A DNA stretch of 50,071 nucleotides from Patescibacteria group bacterium (GTDB lineage Bacteria; Patescibacteriota; Microgenomatia; Levybacterales; UBA12049), in NCBI GenBank assembly GCA_035510535.1, contig DATKGY010000046.1, positions 1 to 50,071 on the forward strand, read 5' to 3'. Position 1 is the stretch's first letter, and every line of letters begins with the position of its first letter. Under the pieces are notes generated by a model. It did no database searches, was not told the DNA's origin, and saw only the letters and a program-made list of their open reading frames with translations. Made by a program: the position numbers and the translations under genes. This document shows positions 35,550 through 44,923 of the stretch, one piece after another.

Positions 35550-36782
35550 TTATAGTTTCCTTTCTAATAAAATTCTGACTCTTAGAAGCTGGGCAGCTAA
35601 GAACACGAAAACAATTCCTTCCGAAACCAAAGTGGTTGTAGCGCAGGCAACATAAGAAAACTGTGGAATAAAAATAACATTTAAAACGATATTTAGAAAC
35701 GTTGAGAAAAAATAAATAACCATTAAATATTTTTGTCTGCCTAAAGTTATTAAAACCCATTGCAAAAAGCTGGTGGTAAAGAAAAAAGGCAAAGAGAGCA
35801 AAAGAATCCGAAACGGCAAGATAGATGCGGAAAAATCCGCCTTCACCAAAGTAAATAGCGGCGAAATAAACCAGAAGGGAATAATTGTGACAAACGAGGA
35901 GATTAAGAAAACCAGAAAATATTTACCGGTTAAATTAAAAAATAGTTGCTTGTCGTTTTTTGCTTTGATCAAAAACGGATAAACAGCGTTGGAGAGAAAA
36001 AGAGGAAGGGCAATCAAGAAATCAAAAAACTTATAAGAAAGTCCATAAATTCCGACATCCTGAGTGGTTTTTAAAATAGATAACAAAAACATATCCGCCC
36101 GAAAATAGACCAAATTAAAAATCAGCATCAGGCCCAATGGCCAAGAAACGAGCATAATTTTTACGGCAAAATCTTTATCTAAAGATAGCGGCAATATTTT
36201 TTCTTTGGCAAAATATAATAAAGCTAAAGCGCCGATAAAACTACTAGCAACGAATCCAAACAAAATGTAGATTATGGAAAAATTCAAAAACGCCAGAATT
36301 AAAACTACAATTAAATTAACGACGGAACCGATAATTGTCCCAACCATATAGAAATAGTAATTGACTGCTTTTTGAAAGACGGCCGAGGTGGATAAAATAA
36401 TGCTTTGAGCAAAAATGCCAAAGGAGAAAATGAAAATACCAAATCTTTCCGCGCCGGAAAAGCCGGTACCTAAGACTGCATTGTAAGGGAGAAAAAATGC
36501 AATGATATTAAGCAACATAAAAATTCCTACTGAAATAATCATCCGCAGATAAAATAGATTTTTGAACTTGGCATTTTCGTATTGCAGAAAGAAAGCATTC
36601 AACCCAAAATCAATTATTAGATAAAAAAGAGCGACGTAAGAAGTGATTTTAGTAAAATCTCCATATCCTAAAACTCCAAATTTTCTGGCGATAATTAAAG
36701 TGATTAAAAAACCGATGAAAGAAGCAATGCCGCGAGCCAATATTTGGTACGAAGTATTTTTGGCAATTAATTTATGCTGCAT
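35550..36782 (-). CDS. Polysaccharide/oligosaccharide flippase (Wzx/MOP superfamily)
   Basis: 410 aa and polytopic (~12 hydrophobic segments). The N-terminal NTSYQILARGIASFIGFLITLIIARKFG is typical of MOP flippases. Confidence 0.7.
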   Translation of the reverse strand: MQHKLIAKNTSYQILARGIASFIGFLITLIIARKFGVLGYGDFTKITSYVALFYLIIDFGLNAFFLQYENAKFKNLFYLRMIISVGIFMLLNIIAFFLPYNAVLGTGFSGAERFGIFIFSFGIFAQSIILSTSAVFQKAVNYYFYMVGTIIGSVVNLIVVLILAFLNFSIIYILFGFVASSFIGALALLYFAKEKILPLSLDKDFAVKIMLVSWPLGLMLIFNLVYFRADMFLLSILKTTQDVGIYGLSYKFFDFLIALPLFLSNAVYPFLIKAKNDKQLFFNLTGKYFLVFLISSFVTIIPFWFISPLFTLVKADFSASILPFRILLLSLPFFFTTSFLQWVLITLGRQKYLMVIYFFSTFLNIVLNVIFIPQFSYVACATTTLVSEGIVFVFLAAQLLRVRILLERKL

Positions 36783-36825
36783 ATCCGTATTCTAGCATAG
36801 AATAAGTGGCGCAGTAATTTAGGAT

Positions 36826-37344
36826 TTATGGTCTGAAGATATGGAAACCTTTACCTTCGATTGGCTCACCAGTGGAATAAACGCGTTTATGTCTTTCTGG
36901 CGCAGATTCTAAATCTCCAAAGTAAGGCGTGATAACTTTCGGATCCCTCATCCATACTTCTTCACTAACTCCAACTGGAGGGACACCATATGGATCTATT
37001 ATTAAGGGCTCACCGCCCTCGTTCATTGTTGCGGTCAGGTAAAAATGCGCACCCCCACCATAGCTCATTGGGGCAAATTGTATGCCGGTTAGTTTCCCGT
37101 TTGTCTGTAGTTGCCTAACAACTCTATTTAAATATTCTGCACCGCGACATCCTCCAGGACGCCAATCCTCTCCTGTTTCTCTAAATAATTCTCTTAATAC
37201 TTCTAAAAAACTTTGTCTGGCTCGCTCATCAGCTACATGGACAAATGGTAAAAAACTATCAAATCTTGGAGTAAAATCTTTTCTGTATGGATGGCGAGGA
37301 GCTGGCCCTTCCTCAATCGTTTGCCCGTCAACTGACATATTCAA
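36826..37344 (-). CDS. Soluble hypothetical protein with ordered Cys...His...Asp (possible transglutaminase/papain-like fold)
   Basis: 172 aa with GGCRGAEYL ... GGAHFYLTA ... LIIDPYG, located between the flippase and ligase-like genes. Confidence 0.4.
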   Translation of the reverse strand: MNMSVDGQTIEEGPAPRHPYRKDFTPRFDSFLPFVHVADERARQSFLEVLRELFRETGEDWRPGGCRGAEYLNRVVRQLQTNGKLTGIQFAPMSYGGGAHFYLTATMNEGGEPLIIDPYGVPPVGVSEEVWMRDPKVITPYFGDLESAPERHKRVYSTGEPIEGKGFHIFRP

Positions 37345-37371
37345 TATTATACAAGAGTTTTAAAATCATTT

Positions 37372-38715
37372 CTACTCATTAATAGTTCTTGAAAAACTGG
37401 CACCTAAAACTAGCGCAAACAGCAGTTGGCCTTGTTGGAGAGTTAAGAAGTAATGGTCAAACATGCCTAAGAAGATAATTGCCAGAAGACAAAGCAGCAG
37501 ATATTTATTTTGTTTTTTGAGAATTGACAGAAAGGATTTTGCAAGAATGAATAAAAACGCGATAAGTCCGATAATGCCGGTCTCTGAGAGAACTAAGAGG
37601 AAAATATTGTGCACCGGCTGAATTAAAGAAATGTTTTCTCTTACGGAAATTGCATTTAGATTATTAAAAAAGTTATTGATGCCGACTCCGAAAACCGGGC
37701 TCTGCCAAAACATATTCAGAGACTGCGTGATTAGTTCTTGTCTTTGCACTAAGGATTCATCGGATAATTTAGTCGTTAAAAATCTTTGTAAAATAAAATT
37801 GTTTTGTAAAATGATAAAAATTACTATTGCCGCAAAGATTAAAATTGAAAGAGTTAATTGTTGCGAATTGAATTTGCCTTTCTTATATTTTTCAACGACC
37901 CATAGCCCAAATAGAATAATTAGATAAACTAACCAAAGTAAAATTACGGTCCGGCTTAAAGTTAACAGTAATGCGGCTGTCCCCAAAAAACTTCCGAAGA
38001 GGGCAAATATTTTTAAGTGTTGGTTTTTGTAGGAAAACATAAAAAGAAATAACATTGCTAAAACTAAAAAGCCGGCTAATACATTTGGGTGGGAGAAAGT
38101 GGCGTAAGGCCTTAGAAATAATTGGCCATTGATAGAAGCATTAGCAATCCCCGGAGTCTCGGCGTTAAAAGCTCTTTCGCCAAATAAATAGAACATTCCC
38201 CCGATTGAACCCTGATTGAAGTATTGTAAAAAGGCAAGCAGCGCTTCAAAAACAACAGCGCTAAAAACACAAATAAATAAGATTGTTTTGTTAAAAACTT
38301 TATAATTCCTGGCAACAAAGTAAGCCAAAAAGGAAAACGCCAAAAACTTGCCAATCCCGTAGATTCCGGCCCAATAATTTTTAGCCCCTGCTAAGCCAAG
38401 CAAAAATGAAACTAACACTAGCGTAAAACCGAATAAATATTTTTTATGAGTATTACTAACCCAAGAATAGAACTTGGGTAAAGAAAAAGTTAAAATTAAG
38501 ATTATAAAAACATCTGTGAGATAAAGAGTGGGGGAGAGATAATCAAGTCTTAGTCCGTAGACAAATGACCAGTCCGGCCAAAAATGTTTTCCCAGTTGTG
38601 TTGGCAAAAAAAGAAGCAGGAGATAAAAAAAGAGCTTGGAGATTTTATTTGGGCTTAATGACCAAAACCCTGTCTTTACCCTCGCCGCTTGACTCCGAAG
38701 TAACTTCTTTGTCAT
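37372..38715 (-). CDS. O-antigen ligase/polymerase-like (Wzy_C-type) polytopic membrane protein
   Basis: 447 aa with ~11 hydrophobic segments and a central loop (HPNVLAGFLV ... LTLSRTVILLW) typical of the family. The only ATG start overlaps the jag 3' end by 71 nt. Confidence 0.65.
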   Translation of the reverse strand: MTKKLLRSQAARVKTGFWSLSPNKISKLFFYLLLLFLPTQLGKHFWPDWSFVYGLRLDYLSPTLYLTDVFIILILTFSLPKFYSWVSNTHKKYLFGFTLVLVSFLLGLAGAKNYWAGIYGIGKFLAFSFLAYFVARNYKVFNKTILFICVFSAVVFEALLAFLQYFNQGSIGGMFYLFGERAFNAETPGIANASINGQLFLRPYATFSHPNVLAGFLVLAMLFLFMFSYKNQHLKIFALFGSFLGTAALLLTLSRTVILLWLVYLIILFGLWVVEKYKKGKFNSQQLTLSILIFAAIVIFIILQNNFILQRFLTTKLSDESLVQRQELITQSLNMFWQSPVFGVGINNFFNNLNAISVRENISLIQPVHNIFLLVLSETGIIGLIAFLFILAKSFLSILKKQNKYLLLCLLAIIFLGMFDHYFLTLQQGQLLFALVLGASFSRTINE

Positions 38716-39094
38716 CTTGCAAAAAAAGATGCACCACTCTTCTTTCCCAGGATTTTAATTCGGAAAGATAAACTTCTTTCTCCTGCGCAAGCGCTCTTTC
38801 TTTAGCGTCAAGCGCCAATCTTTCCAGCCACTCTGTGCGGTTTTTCTTATAATCTCCGACTTCAATTGAAACTCTTTTAAATTCGCCATTCTGTTTTGCT
38901 AGAATCAGGGATAAAACCAACTGAAGGGCTTCCAGCGTTTCACCGTGATAGCCGATAACCATGCCTGTGTCTTCGGTTTCCATATTAACCGAGATTGCTT
39001 CTTCGTCCTCGGTTATTTTCATCTCCGCCTCAACACCCAGAGAAACAAAAAAATCTTTAATTGCTTTTTCCTGTTTTTTATTTACTTTTGCCAT
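38645..39094 (-). CDS. jag: Jag-like RNA-binding protein (KH + R3H domains)
   Basis: KH domain GMVIGYHGETLEALQ and R3H-like LSELKSWERRVVHLFL. It lies directly downstream of yidC. Confidence 0.8.
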   Translation of the reverse strand: MAKVNKKQEKAIKDFFVSLGVEAEMKITEDEEAISVNMETEDTGMVIGYHGETLEALQLVLSLILAKQNGEFKRVSIEVGDYKKNRTEWLERLALDAKERALAQEKEVYLSELKSWERRVVHLFLQDDKEVTSESSGEGKDRVLVIKPK

Positions 39095-39920
39095 AGATTT
39101 TGTCCGTCCATTCTTTCAAACCACCCAAACCTGAAATTCTGTATTGCTGTATGATACCAAAAATTGTAAACGTGTTCCAGTATAAAGATAGGCCGATCGG
39201 AAAACCATAAGAGAAAAAGGCAATCATAATCGGGAAGATGTATAAAGATTGCGATTGAAAAGCGGTGGCAAAATCTTCTTTTTTCTTTTCATCTTTTTTG
39301 TTCCCATCCTTATTTTGCGCTTGTGGAATAAACATCATCTTGGTTTGAATAAACTGGAAAAGTCCGGTCGCAATCGGAATTGCTAGGACCAGCGGTCCAA
39401 TGGTTGTCAATAAATGGGAAGGGTTTTGAGCCAGCGGCAGTCCAAAAAAAGTGGTGTCCCAAGGAGTAGTTAATCTTAAGGAGTTTGAATAAAGCATATG
39501 ATTAATTTGCGCTAAAATTGCGGCCCCCGGCTTAACAATTAACTGCAATGCTTGATACAGCGCCCAAATTAATGGCAGTTGGATTAAAACTGGCAAGCAG
39601 CCGGCGGCCGGATTAACCCCAAACTCTTTATAGAGTTTCATTGTCTCCGCTTGCAAAGTTTTGGCATCGTTTTTGTGCTTTTCTTTCAACCGATTTAGGT
39701 GCGGTGTTAACTCCTGCATTTTCTTTGAAGCTTTTAATTGCGTATTTGTCAGGGGATATAAAACCAGCCTGATTAGAACCGTTAGGGCGATTATTGAAAA
39801 GCCAAGCGCGAAGGGAAGATGGACGTAGTAAAAAGCATGGTAAAGAGCTACCAATAGGTTGATGATTGGCACGAACAGTACGAAATGAAAAGCATCTCCA
39901 ATGGAACTAAGTATATTCAT
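39078..39920 (-). CDS. yidC: Membrane protein insertase YidC (short Gram-positive-type form)
   Basis: 280 aa with LYPLTNTQLKASKKMQELTPHLNRLKEKHK ... NPAAGCLPVLIQLPLIWALY and C-terminal TMs. Confidence 0.92.
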   Translation of the reverse strand: MNILSSIGDAFHFVLFVPIINLLVALYHAFYYVHLPFALGFSIIALTVLIRLVLYPLTNTQLKASKKMQELTPHLNRLKEKHKNDAKTLQAETMKLYKEFGVNPAAGCLPVLIQLPLIWALYQALQLIVKPGAAILAQINHMLYSNSLRLTTPWDTTFFGLPLAQNPSHLLTTIGPLVLAIPIATGLFQFIQTKMMFIPQAQNKDGNKKDEKKKEDFATAFQSQSLYIFPIMIAFFSYGFPIGLSLYWNTFTIFGIIQQYRISGLGGLKEWTDKIYGKSK

Positions 39921-39921
39921 A

Positions 39922-40131
39922 TTACTTGCCGTTATAAAACGGCTGGCATTTTAAAAGCCTGATCATCGCTAGATAACTGCCTTTTGCCAAACCGTTTTGG
40001 GAGATGGAGAGCTTGGCGTATTCCGAACAGGTTGGAGAAAACCGGCAATTTCCTTTTAACCCCAAATTAAATAATAGGACCGCTATTGTTCTTTGATAAG
40101 CGCTGATTAAAAATAAAGTCAATTTTTTCAT
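39922..40131 (-). CDS. yidD: Membrane protein insertion efficiency factor YidD
   Basis: 69 aa with CRFSPTCSEYA ... LKCQPF. Confidence 0.92.
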   Translation of the reverse strand: MKKLTLFLISAYQRTIAVLLFNLGLKGNCRFSPTCSEYAKLSISQNGLAKGSYLAMIRLLKCQPFYNGK

Positions 40132-40439
40132 TTCTTTAAAATATTCCTCAGTTCTTTTGCCACCATTTCTTTGTCCGTAAGGGTTAGGGATTTCTTAGCA
40201 ATAATGACGACGTCTTTGCCAACTAACTCTTTCAAAAACTCTTCCGCTACCATTCTTAAAACTCTTTTGGTCCGATTCCTAACTACCGCCCGCTTGTCGA
40301 TTTTTTTCGAAACAACAAATCCAAATCTTGCTTCGTTCTCTTTGTTATCAAAAACTTTGATGTTAAACAAAGCGGAAGAATATTTTTCTCCTCCTGTCCG
40401 TCTAACGATTTTTGTGAGACGGTTTTCTCTTTTTAACAT
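40128..40439 (-). CDS. rnpA: RNase P protein component
   Basis: 103 aa and basic, with FGFVVSKKIDKRAVVRNRTKRVLR (RNR motif). It forms an ATGA overlap with yidD. Confidence 0.9.
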   Translation of the reverse strand: MLKRENRLTKIVRRTGGEKYSSALFNIKVFDNKENEARFGFVVSKKIDKRAVVRNRTKRVLRMVAEEFLKELVGKDVVIIAKKSLTLTDKEMVAKELRNILKK

Positions 40440-40442
40440 TGT

Positions 40443-40577
40443 CTAGATGGTTAGGCTTTTTCTGCCGGCGGCTCTTCTTCTCCCTAAAACCTTCCTTCCG
40501 CCGTGAGTTTTTGACCGCTCAAGAAATCCATGTTTCCTTTGCCTTTTGACTTTTTTCAGTTTTATAGATTTTTCCAT
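40443..40577 (-). CDS. rpmH: Ribosomal protein L34 (44 aa), missing from the ORF track
   Basis: The reverse strand translates to [44 protein letters not shown]. It is in the canonical position upstream of rnpA. Confidence 0.9.
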   Translation of the reverse strand: MEKSIKLKKVKRQRKHGFLERSKTHGGRKVLGRRRAAGRKSLTI

Positions 40578-40674
40578 GCATTAGAGTATACCAGAATAAA
40601 CATGCTTTTGAAAGACCAGCCGTGAGATTTAAAATTGACATAGTTTTACTTAGTTTACCTATCTTGACAAGAAG

Positions 40675-40683
40675 TTATCCACA
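40675..40683 (+). promoter_or_regulatory. Perfect DnaA box TTATCCACA upstream of dnaA
   Basis: Exact 9-mer, 25 nt upstream of the dnaA ATG and 5 nt downstream of a TTGACA hexamer (40664-40669). Confidence 0.75.
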
Positions 40684-40707
40684 TTATTAAACTGCACAGT
40701 ACCGCTT

Positions 40708-42066
40708 ATGCAAGAGTATCAAGATTTATGGACCAAAGTATTAGCCGAGGTTGAGCTTGAAGTTTCCCGGGCCAATTTTTTAACGTTATTTAAACGAACC
40801 CGCCTTTTATCGGTTGAGGAAAACTCCGTCACCATTGCTGCTCCCTCGGTAATGATTATTGACCTTTTGCAAAGACGTTTTTACGAAGTGATTAAAAAGG
40901 CTGCCGATAAACACCTCGGGAAAGACACGAAAATAATTTTTGTTCCCAAGACTGTTGTGGATGTTATTGATGAGCCCGAAGAGAAAAATGGGCCACTGTT
41001 TGAGAATGAAGGGAAAACCACTATGGCAATCGGCCATTTGCCAAGGGTTAGGCCGGACTACACTTTTGAGGACATGGCAGTTTCCTCAACCAATCAACTA
41101 GCTTTTGTTAGCGCCACTACTGTAGCAAAAAAACCAGGGGTTACTTACAATCCTTTATTTATTTATGGTCCCACGGGCGTAGGGAAGACCCATTTAATGC
41201 AAGCAATTGCCAACGAAGTTTATGCTAAAAACCCGAATAAAAAAATTCTCTACACTACCAGCGAAGAATTTACCACTGAGGTGGTAGAAGCGATTAGGAC
41301 CAACAACACCGGTAATATGAAGAAGAAATTTCGGGAGTTAGACCTTTTGATTATTGACGACATCCAGTTTGTCGCCGGAAAAGATAAGGTTCAGGAGGAA
41401 CTTTTTCATACTTTTAATATTTTAGTTGATAAAGCGGCGCAGATAGTTTTGTCCTCTGACCGGCCGCCGGCAGAGATGAAACAGGTTGAAAAAAGACTAT
41501 TGTCCCGTTTTTCGGGAGGATTAACAGTAGACATCGGCTCGCCGGATTTTGAACTAAGAACTGCCATTCTTCTAATTAAAGCGAAAAAATATGGCGTTTT
41601 ATTAACGATGGAGGCGGCAAAAATGATCGCCCAGAAAACCCAGGATGCCAGAGGACTTGAAGGATTACTTTTACGCATTATTACCCAAGCTCAAGCCGGG
41701 GACGGGGAGATTACTGAGGACTTGGTCGCTTCTGTTTTAGCTTTAAATAAAGAGGAGAGATTAAATAGTTTTCATCCGGATGAGATTATCCGTAATGTTT
41801 GTTATTTTTATAAAGTTAAATCTACTCAGTTAAGGAGTCCAAAAAGGGATGCTTTTTTAGTCAGGCCGCGACAGGTTGCAATGTATATTTTAAAAAAAGA
41901 GTTAAATTTAACTTTTGTGGAGATTGGTAATTTACTTGGCGGGAGAGACCACACCACAATTATGCATGGCGTAACTAAGGTTGAAGGAATGTTGAAAAAG
42001 TCTTTACTTTCGGAGGATATCTCGCGAATTGTAAAATTAAATGTTGATAACAATGTGGAATATTAA
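40708..42066 (+). CDS. dnaA: Chromosomal replication initiator DnaA
   Basis: 452 aa with Walker A (GPTGVGKTHL), Walker B (LLIIDDIQF), sensor regions, and a domain IV HTH (IGNLLGGRDHTTIMHG). Confidence 0.97.
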   Translation: MQEYQDLWTKVLAEVELEVSRANFLTLFKRTRLLSVEENSVTIAAPSVMIIDLLQRRFYEVIKKAADKHLGKDTKIIFVPKTVVDVIDEPEEKNGPLFENEGKTTMAIGHLPRVRPDYTFEDMAVSSTNQLAFVSATTVAKKPGVTYNPLFIYGPTGVGKTHLMQAIANEVYAKNPNKKILYTTSEEFTTEVVEAIRTNNTGNMKKKFRELDLLIIDDIQFVAGKDKVQEELFHTFNILVDKAAQIVLSSDRPPAEMKQVEKRLLSRFSGGLTVDIGSPDFELRTAILLIKAKKYGVLLTMEAAKMIAQKTQDARGLEGLLLRIITQAQAGDGEITEDLVASVLALNKEERLNSFHPDEIIRNVCYFYKVKSTQLRSPKRDAFLVRPRQVAMYILKKELNLTFVEIGNLLGGRDHTTIMHGVTKVEGMLKKSLLSEDISRIVKLNVDNNVEY

Positions 42067-42087
42067 AATTTTTTTGTTTTCAACTAT

Positions 42088-42161
42088 TTATCCACTTTTT
42101 TATCAACAATTTATCCCCTTATTTTTAGGCATAGGTTCTTGCTTTTTTCCACTTTTCCATA
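42088..42161 (+). promoter_or_regulatory. Cluster of five same-orientation DnaA-box-like 9-mers (probable oriC)
   Basis: TTATCCACT (42088), TTATCAACA (42100), TTATCCCCT (42111), TTTTCCACT (42145), TTTTCCATA (42153). The first three are spaced 11-12 bp apart. The cluster is flanked by AT-rich tracts in the dnaA-dnaN spacer. Confidence 0.7.
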
Positions 42162-42192
42162 TAAACTACAACAACTACAAATATATTAACTT

Positions 42193-43299
42193 ATGAAAGT
42201 TACTTTTCTTTCTGATAATTTACAACGGAAAATTTCTTTTTTAAACCATGCGGTTTCCCAAAGAGGACAACTACCAATACTTTCAAATTTCTTTTTAGAA
42301 GCAAAAAACGGAAAATTAATCATTAGTGCGACGGATTTAGAGATAGGAATTTCTTCAAGCATAGCCGTTAATATTCAAACAGAAGGCAAAACAACAATCC
42401 CCGCCAAAAATTTTTCCGACCTTTTAACTAACCTAGGCAGCCAAAAAATAACCCTTACATTAGAGGGTGAAACGGTTACTTTAAAGGGAGAAAAAATTAA
42501 TGCTTCTTTTCAAACTATGCCGGCTGAGGATTTCCCAAAACTTTATGAAGAAAAAGGGGAAGAATTAGCTACCCTTAAAAAAACCGAGATTGAAGAAAGT
42601 ATTCTACGGGTAGTTTTTGCAGCCGCTCAAGATGGCGGCCGGCCGGCTTTATCGGGAGTGCTTTTAAATGAAGATAAAAAAACAATTGATTTAGTGGCAA
42701 CAGATGGAGTTAGGCTTTCGCTGCAAAAAAACGTTTTTAAGACCAAAGAGGGGCTTAAAAAACCAATCATAACACCGGCGCGGATAATAAGGGAATTATT
42801 ATCAATTAAAGAAGACGAAGATGTAGTTAGAGTTTTTGTTTCCGAGGAGAACAATCAAATTCTTTTTGCACAAGGGGAGACAACTCTAGTAGGAAGATTA
42901 ATTGGGGCAGAATATCCCGATTACCAAAAAATAATTCCCCAAAATTTTGACACAAAAACCGAATTAAACAGAGAAGAACTATTGAACGCAATTAAAATTT
43001 GCTCGGTTTTTGCCAGAGAAACAGCTAATATTATTAAATTTACTATCAAAAAAAACAAAATGATTATCTCAGCCAACTCGCCATCTATCGGCGAAGACAA
43101 CGTTGAGATAGAAGCAAAAACCACCGGCGAAGAAAATGAAATCGCTTTTAACGGAAAGTATCTTTTGGACATTTTGGCGGTAGTTAATGAAGAAGATTTG
43201 GTTTTTGAAATGACGGGGCCATTAAATCCAGGGGTATTCAAAATTAAGGATGACGAGACGTTTCTTCATTTAATCATGCCGATTCGAGTTCAAAGTTAA
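42193..43299 (+). CDS. dnaN: DNA polymerase III beta sliding clamp
   Basis: 368 aa in a three-domain clamp pattern (ILSNFFLEA..GKL.ISATDLEIG; ATDGVRLS; LIMPIRV C-terminus). It lies downstream of dnaA. Confidence 0.95.
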   Translation: MKVTFLSDNLQRKISFLNHAVSQRGQLPILSNFFLEAKNGKLIISATDLEIGISSSIAVNIQTEGKTTIPAKNFSDLLTNLGSQKITLTLEGETVTLKGEKINASFQTMPAEDFPKLYEEKGEELATLKKTEIEESILRVVFAAAQDGGRPALSGVLLNEDKKTIDLVATDGVRLSLQKNVFKTKEGLKKPIITPARIIRELLSIKEDEDVVRVFVSEENNQILFAQGETTLVGRLIGAEYPDYQKIIPQNFDTKTELNREELLNAIKICSVFARETANIIKFTIKKNKMIISANSPSIGEDNVEIEAKTTGEENEIAFNGKYLLDILAVVNEEDLVFEMTGPLNPGVFKIKDDETFLHLIMPIRVQS

Positions 43300-44028
43300 T
43301 TACTGAGGGACAATAGTCCAGTCAATTTTATAAGAAGATATATCCACCCCAATTGATTGCAATTCAACTAATACGTCATTTTTAAAATGATTAATTTGAT
43401 CGTTTATGGACATAGAGTTATTTATGTGTGGATATAATTCAACAATAAATTGATTACTAGTGAAATCGAAGTCAATAAAATACTCGTCATTTACCGGAGG
43501 AAGGTTGTTGTACCAAGGATAAGCTTTTAGGAAATCTTGTTGCCCCTTAGCAAAAGCTGAGTCTTCTTGGGCCTGCTGATTAAGCAAGACTTGTTCCGCT
43601 GAAGTAGAAGCATAATTAGGGGCTGGTGTAGTAATGCTGGGGACGGGAGCAGTGGTTGTTGTAAAATGCCAAGAAAAAGATTCTACGCCATAATTAATTG
43701 TGATAGTGTAATTTGTTTGGAAAGAAAGATTTTTCCCTAAAACTATTTTAGCTGTGTCATTTTCTTTCTCCCAAAAAAGGGCATTCTCTACCTGCGGAGC
43801 TATTACAACAGAGATTGTTTTTCTCTCGTTTTCAGTTAAGGCTCGCGAGAAGGTAAGGATAATATTGGGAGAAGAAGCAACATTTACCGACCCATTTTGA
43901 GGAGAAACAGATATTAGTGTAAGATTATTTGGAGCGCTTGTTCTTTGTTGTGGCAATGATATTATAAAAAGAAAAGTTGCAAAGCCTCCCAAAATCAATA
44001 AGCCAATAATTAATAAAATTTTATTCAT
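43300..44028 (-). CDS. Membrane-anchored protein with an Ig-like (SbsA/Big_5-like) domain, last gene of the T4SS-like locus
   Basis: The start was moved to the ATG at 44026-44028 (MNKILLIIGLLILGGFATFLFII...), which forms an ATGA overlap with the upstream gene. ISVSPQNGSVNVASSPNIILTFSRAL is Ig-like. The stop codon abuts the dnaN stop with no spacer. Confidence 0.6.
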   Translation of the reverse strand: MNKILLIIGLLILGGFATFLFIISLPQQRTSAPNNLTLISVSPQNGSVNVASSPNIILTFSRALTENERKTISVVIAPQVENALFWEKENDTAKIVLGKNLSFQTNYTITINYGVESFSWHFTTTTAPVPSITTPAPNYASTSAEQVLLNQQAQEDSAFAKGQQDFLKAYPWYNNLPPVNDEYFIDFDFTSNQFIVELYPHINNSMSINDQINHFKNDVLVELQSIGVDISSYKIDWTIVPQ

Positions 44029-44906
44029 TGTATTTGTCCAAGCCAGAAATAGCGGGCAATACCAGTTGAGTTTAGGACGCCACAGGTTATACTCTCGGGA
44101 GTTGTAATATTCCAACCCCTTACGCGTAGGGTGTTGTATTCGCTGGGCATATTGGTATCAATAGTGGTTATTGTGCCGGCGCCATTACTATTAACGCTGA
44201 CATTTTCGATTAACGCAGCATGTCCAATTTCGTTTGTGGTAGTATCACATGACGGGAAAATAGCATCTCCGGGCGAGATTAAACTAAAAACGTTTTCGCC
44301 TGTAATTAACTGTACGCTGGGAATCCAATGCTCGGCCATAACATAAGCTTTTCTATTAAAATATTTACTAACCCCAGCCAAAGTATAAGACTGAATTACC
44401 AGATCTGTGCAAAGAAATGCGTTGTATCCGTCTCCTGAGCAAGTACCGTATTTTTGCGGAACCGTATGGCTCCCGTTTGTTATAGTTGCTAGCATAACAT
44501 TTCGATAAGAAGAGCATGCGAGTTTTGTTACGCTATCGTCTATCTGTTGCGCCCAAGAAATAATACTACTATTTGTCGTTGGTGGAGGCCCCGGTTGAGC
44601 ATTAACGCTAGCGGTAGTAGATGAATTATTTTGCCCGGTGATTGTAGCAATAGTCATTAGAAATAACGCAACTAGAATTACTATTCCAAGCACTATTGCA
44701 ATCCCAATCCAGAATTGGGGAGTCATAGCCGCTTTTTGTAAACCCTTTTTTAAGGCTTGTTTAGCTATCATTTCAGTTTTGTTCTTGATGTAGTTTTCGG
44801 CTAGATTTTTGGTTTGGCCGCCGATACCGGATAAAGGACCGGGAAGTTTAAAATTATTGCTAGATGGATTACTGTTATTTTGTTGTTTTGTCTGCTCGTC
44901 TGCCAT
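44025..44906 (-). CDS. Membrane-anchored CHAP/NlpC-P60-like cell-wall hydrolase (T4SS-associated)
   Basis: 293 aa with TM FWIGIAIVLGIVILVALFLMTIATI. The C-terminal domain has a Cys (NAFLCTDLVIQSY) and a downstream His (EIGHAALIENV) in the spacing expected of CHAP/NlpC-P60 amidases. Confidence 0.55.
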   Translation of the reverse strand: MADEQTKQQNNSNPSSNNFKLPGPLSGIGGQTKNLAENYIKNKTEMIAKQALKKGLQKAAMTPQFWIGIAIVLGIVILVALFLMTIATITGQNNSSTTASVNAQPGPPPTTNSSIISWAQQIDDSVTKLACSSYRNVMLATITNGSHTVPQKYGTCSGDGYNAFLCTDLVIQSYTLAGVSKYFNRKAYVMAEHWIPSVQLITGENVFSLISPGDAIFPSCDTTTNEIGHAALIENVSVNSNGAGTITTIDTNMPSEYNTLRVRGWNITTPESITCGVLNSTGIARYFWLGQIQ

Positions 44907-44923
44907 AGCTTTATCTTAACAAA

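Noticed and set aside
35548-35760. A 71-codon extension upstream of the RNase H start.
   Set aside because: It overlaps the C-terminal coding region of the flippase. The RNase H fold begins at MSKITVFTDGG.
44029-44115. A 29-codon extension (MEYYNSREYNLW...) of the Ig-domain protein.
   Set aside because: It overlaps the hydrolase gene. The ATG at 44028 gives a normal signal-anchor N-terminus and an ATGA coupling overlap.
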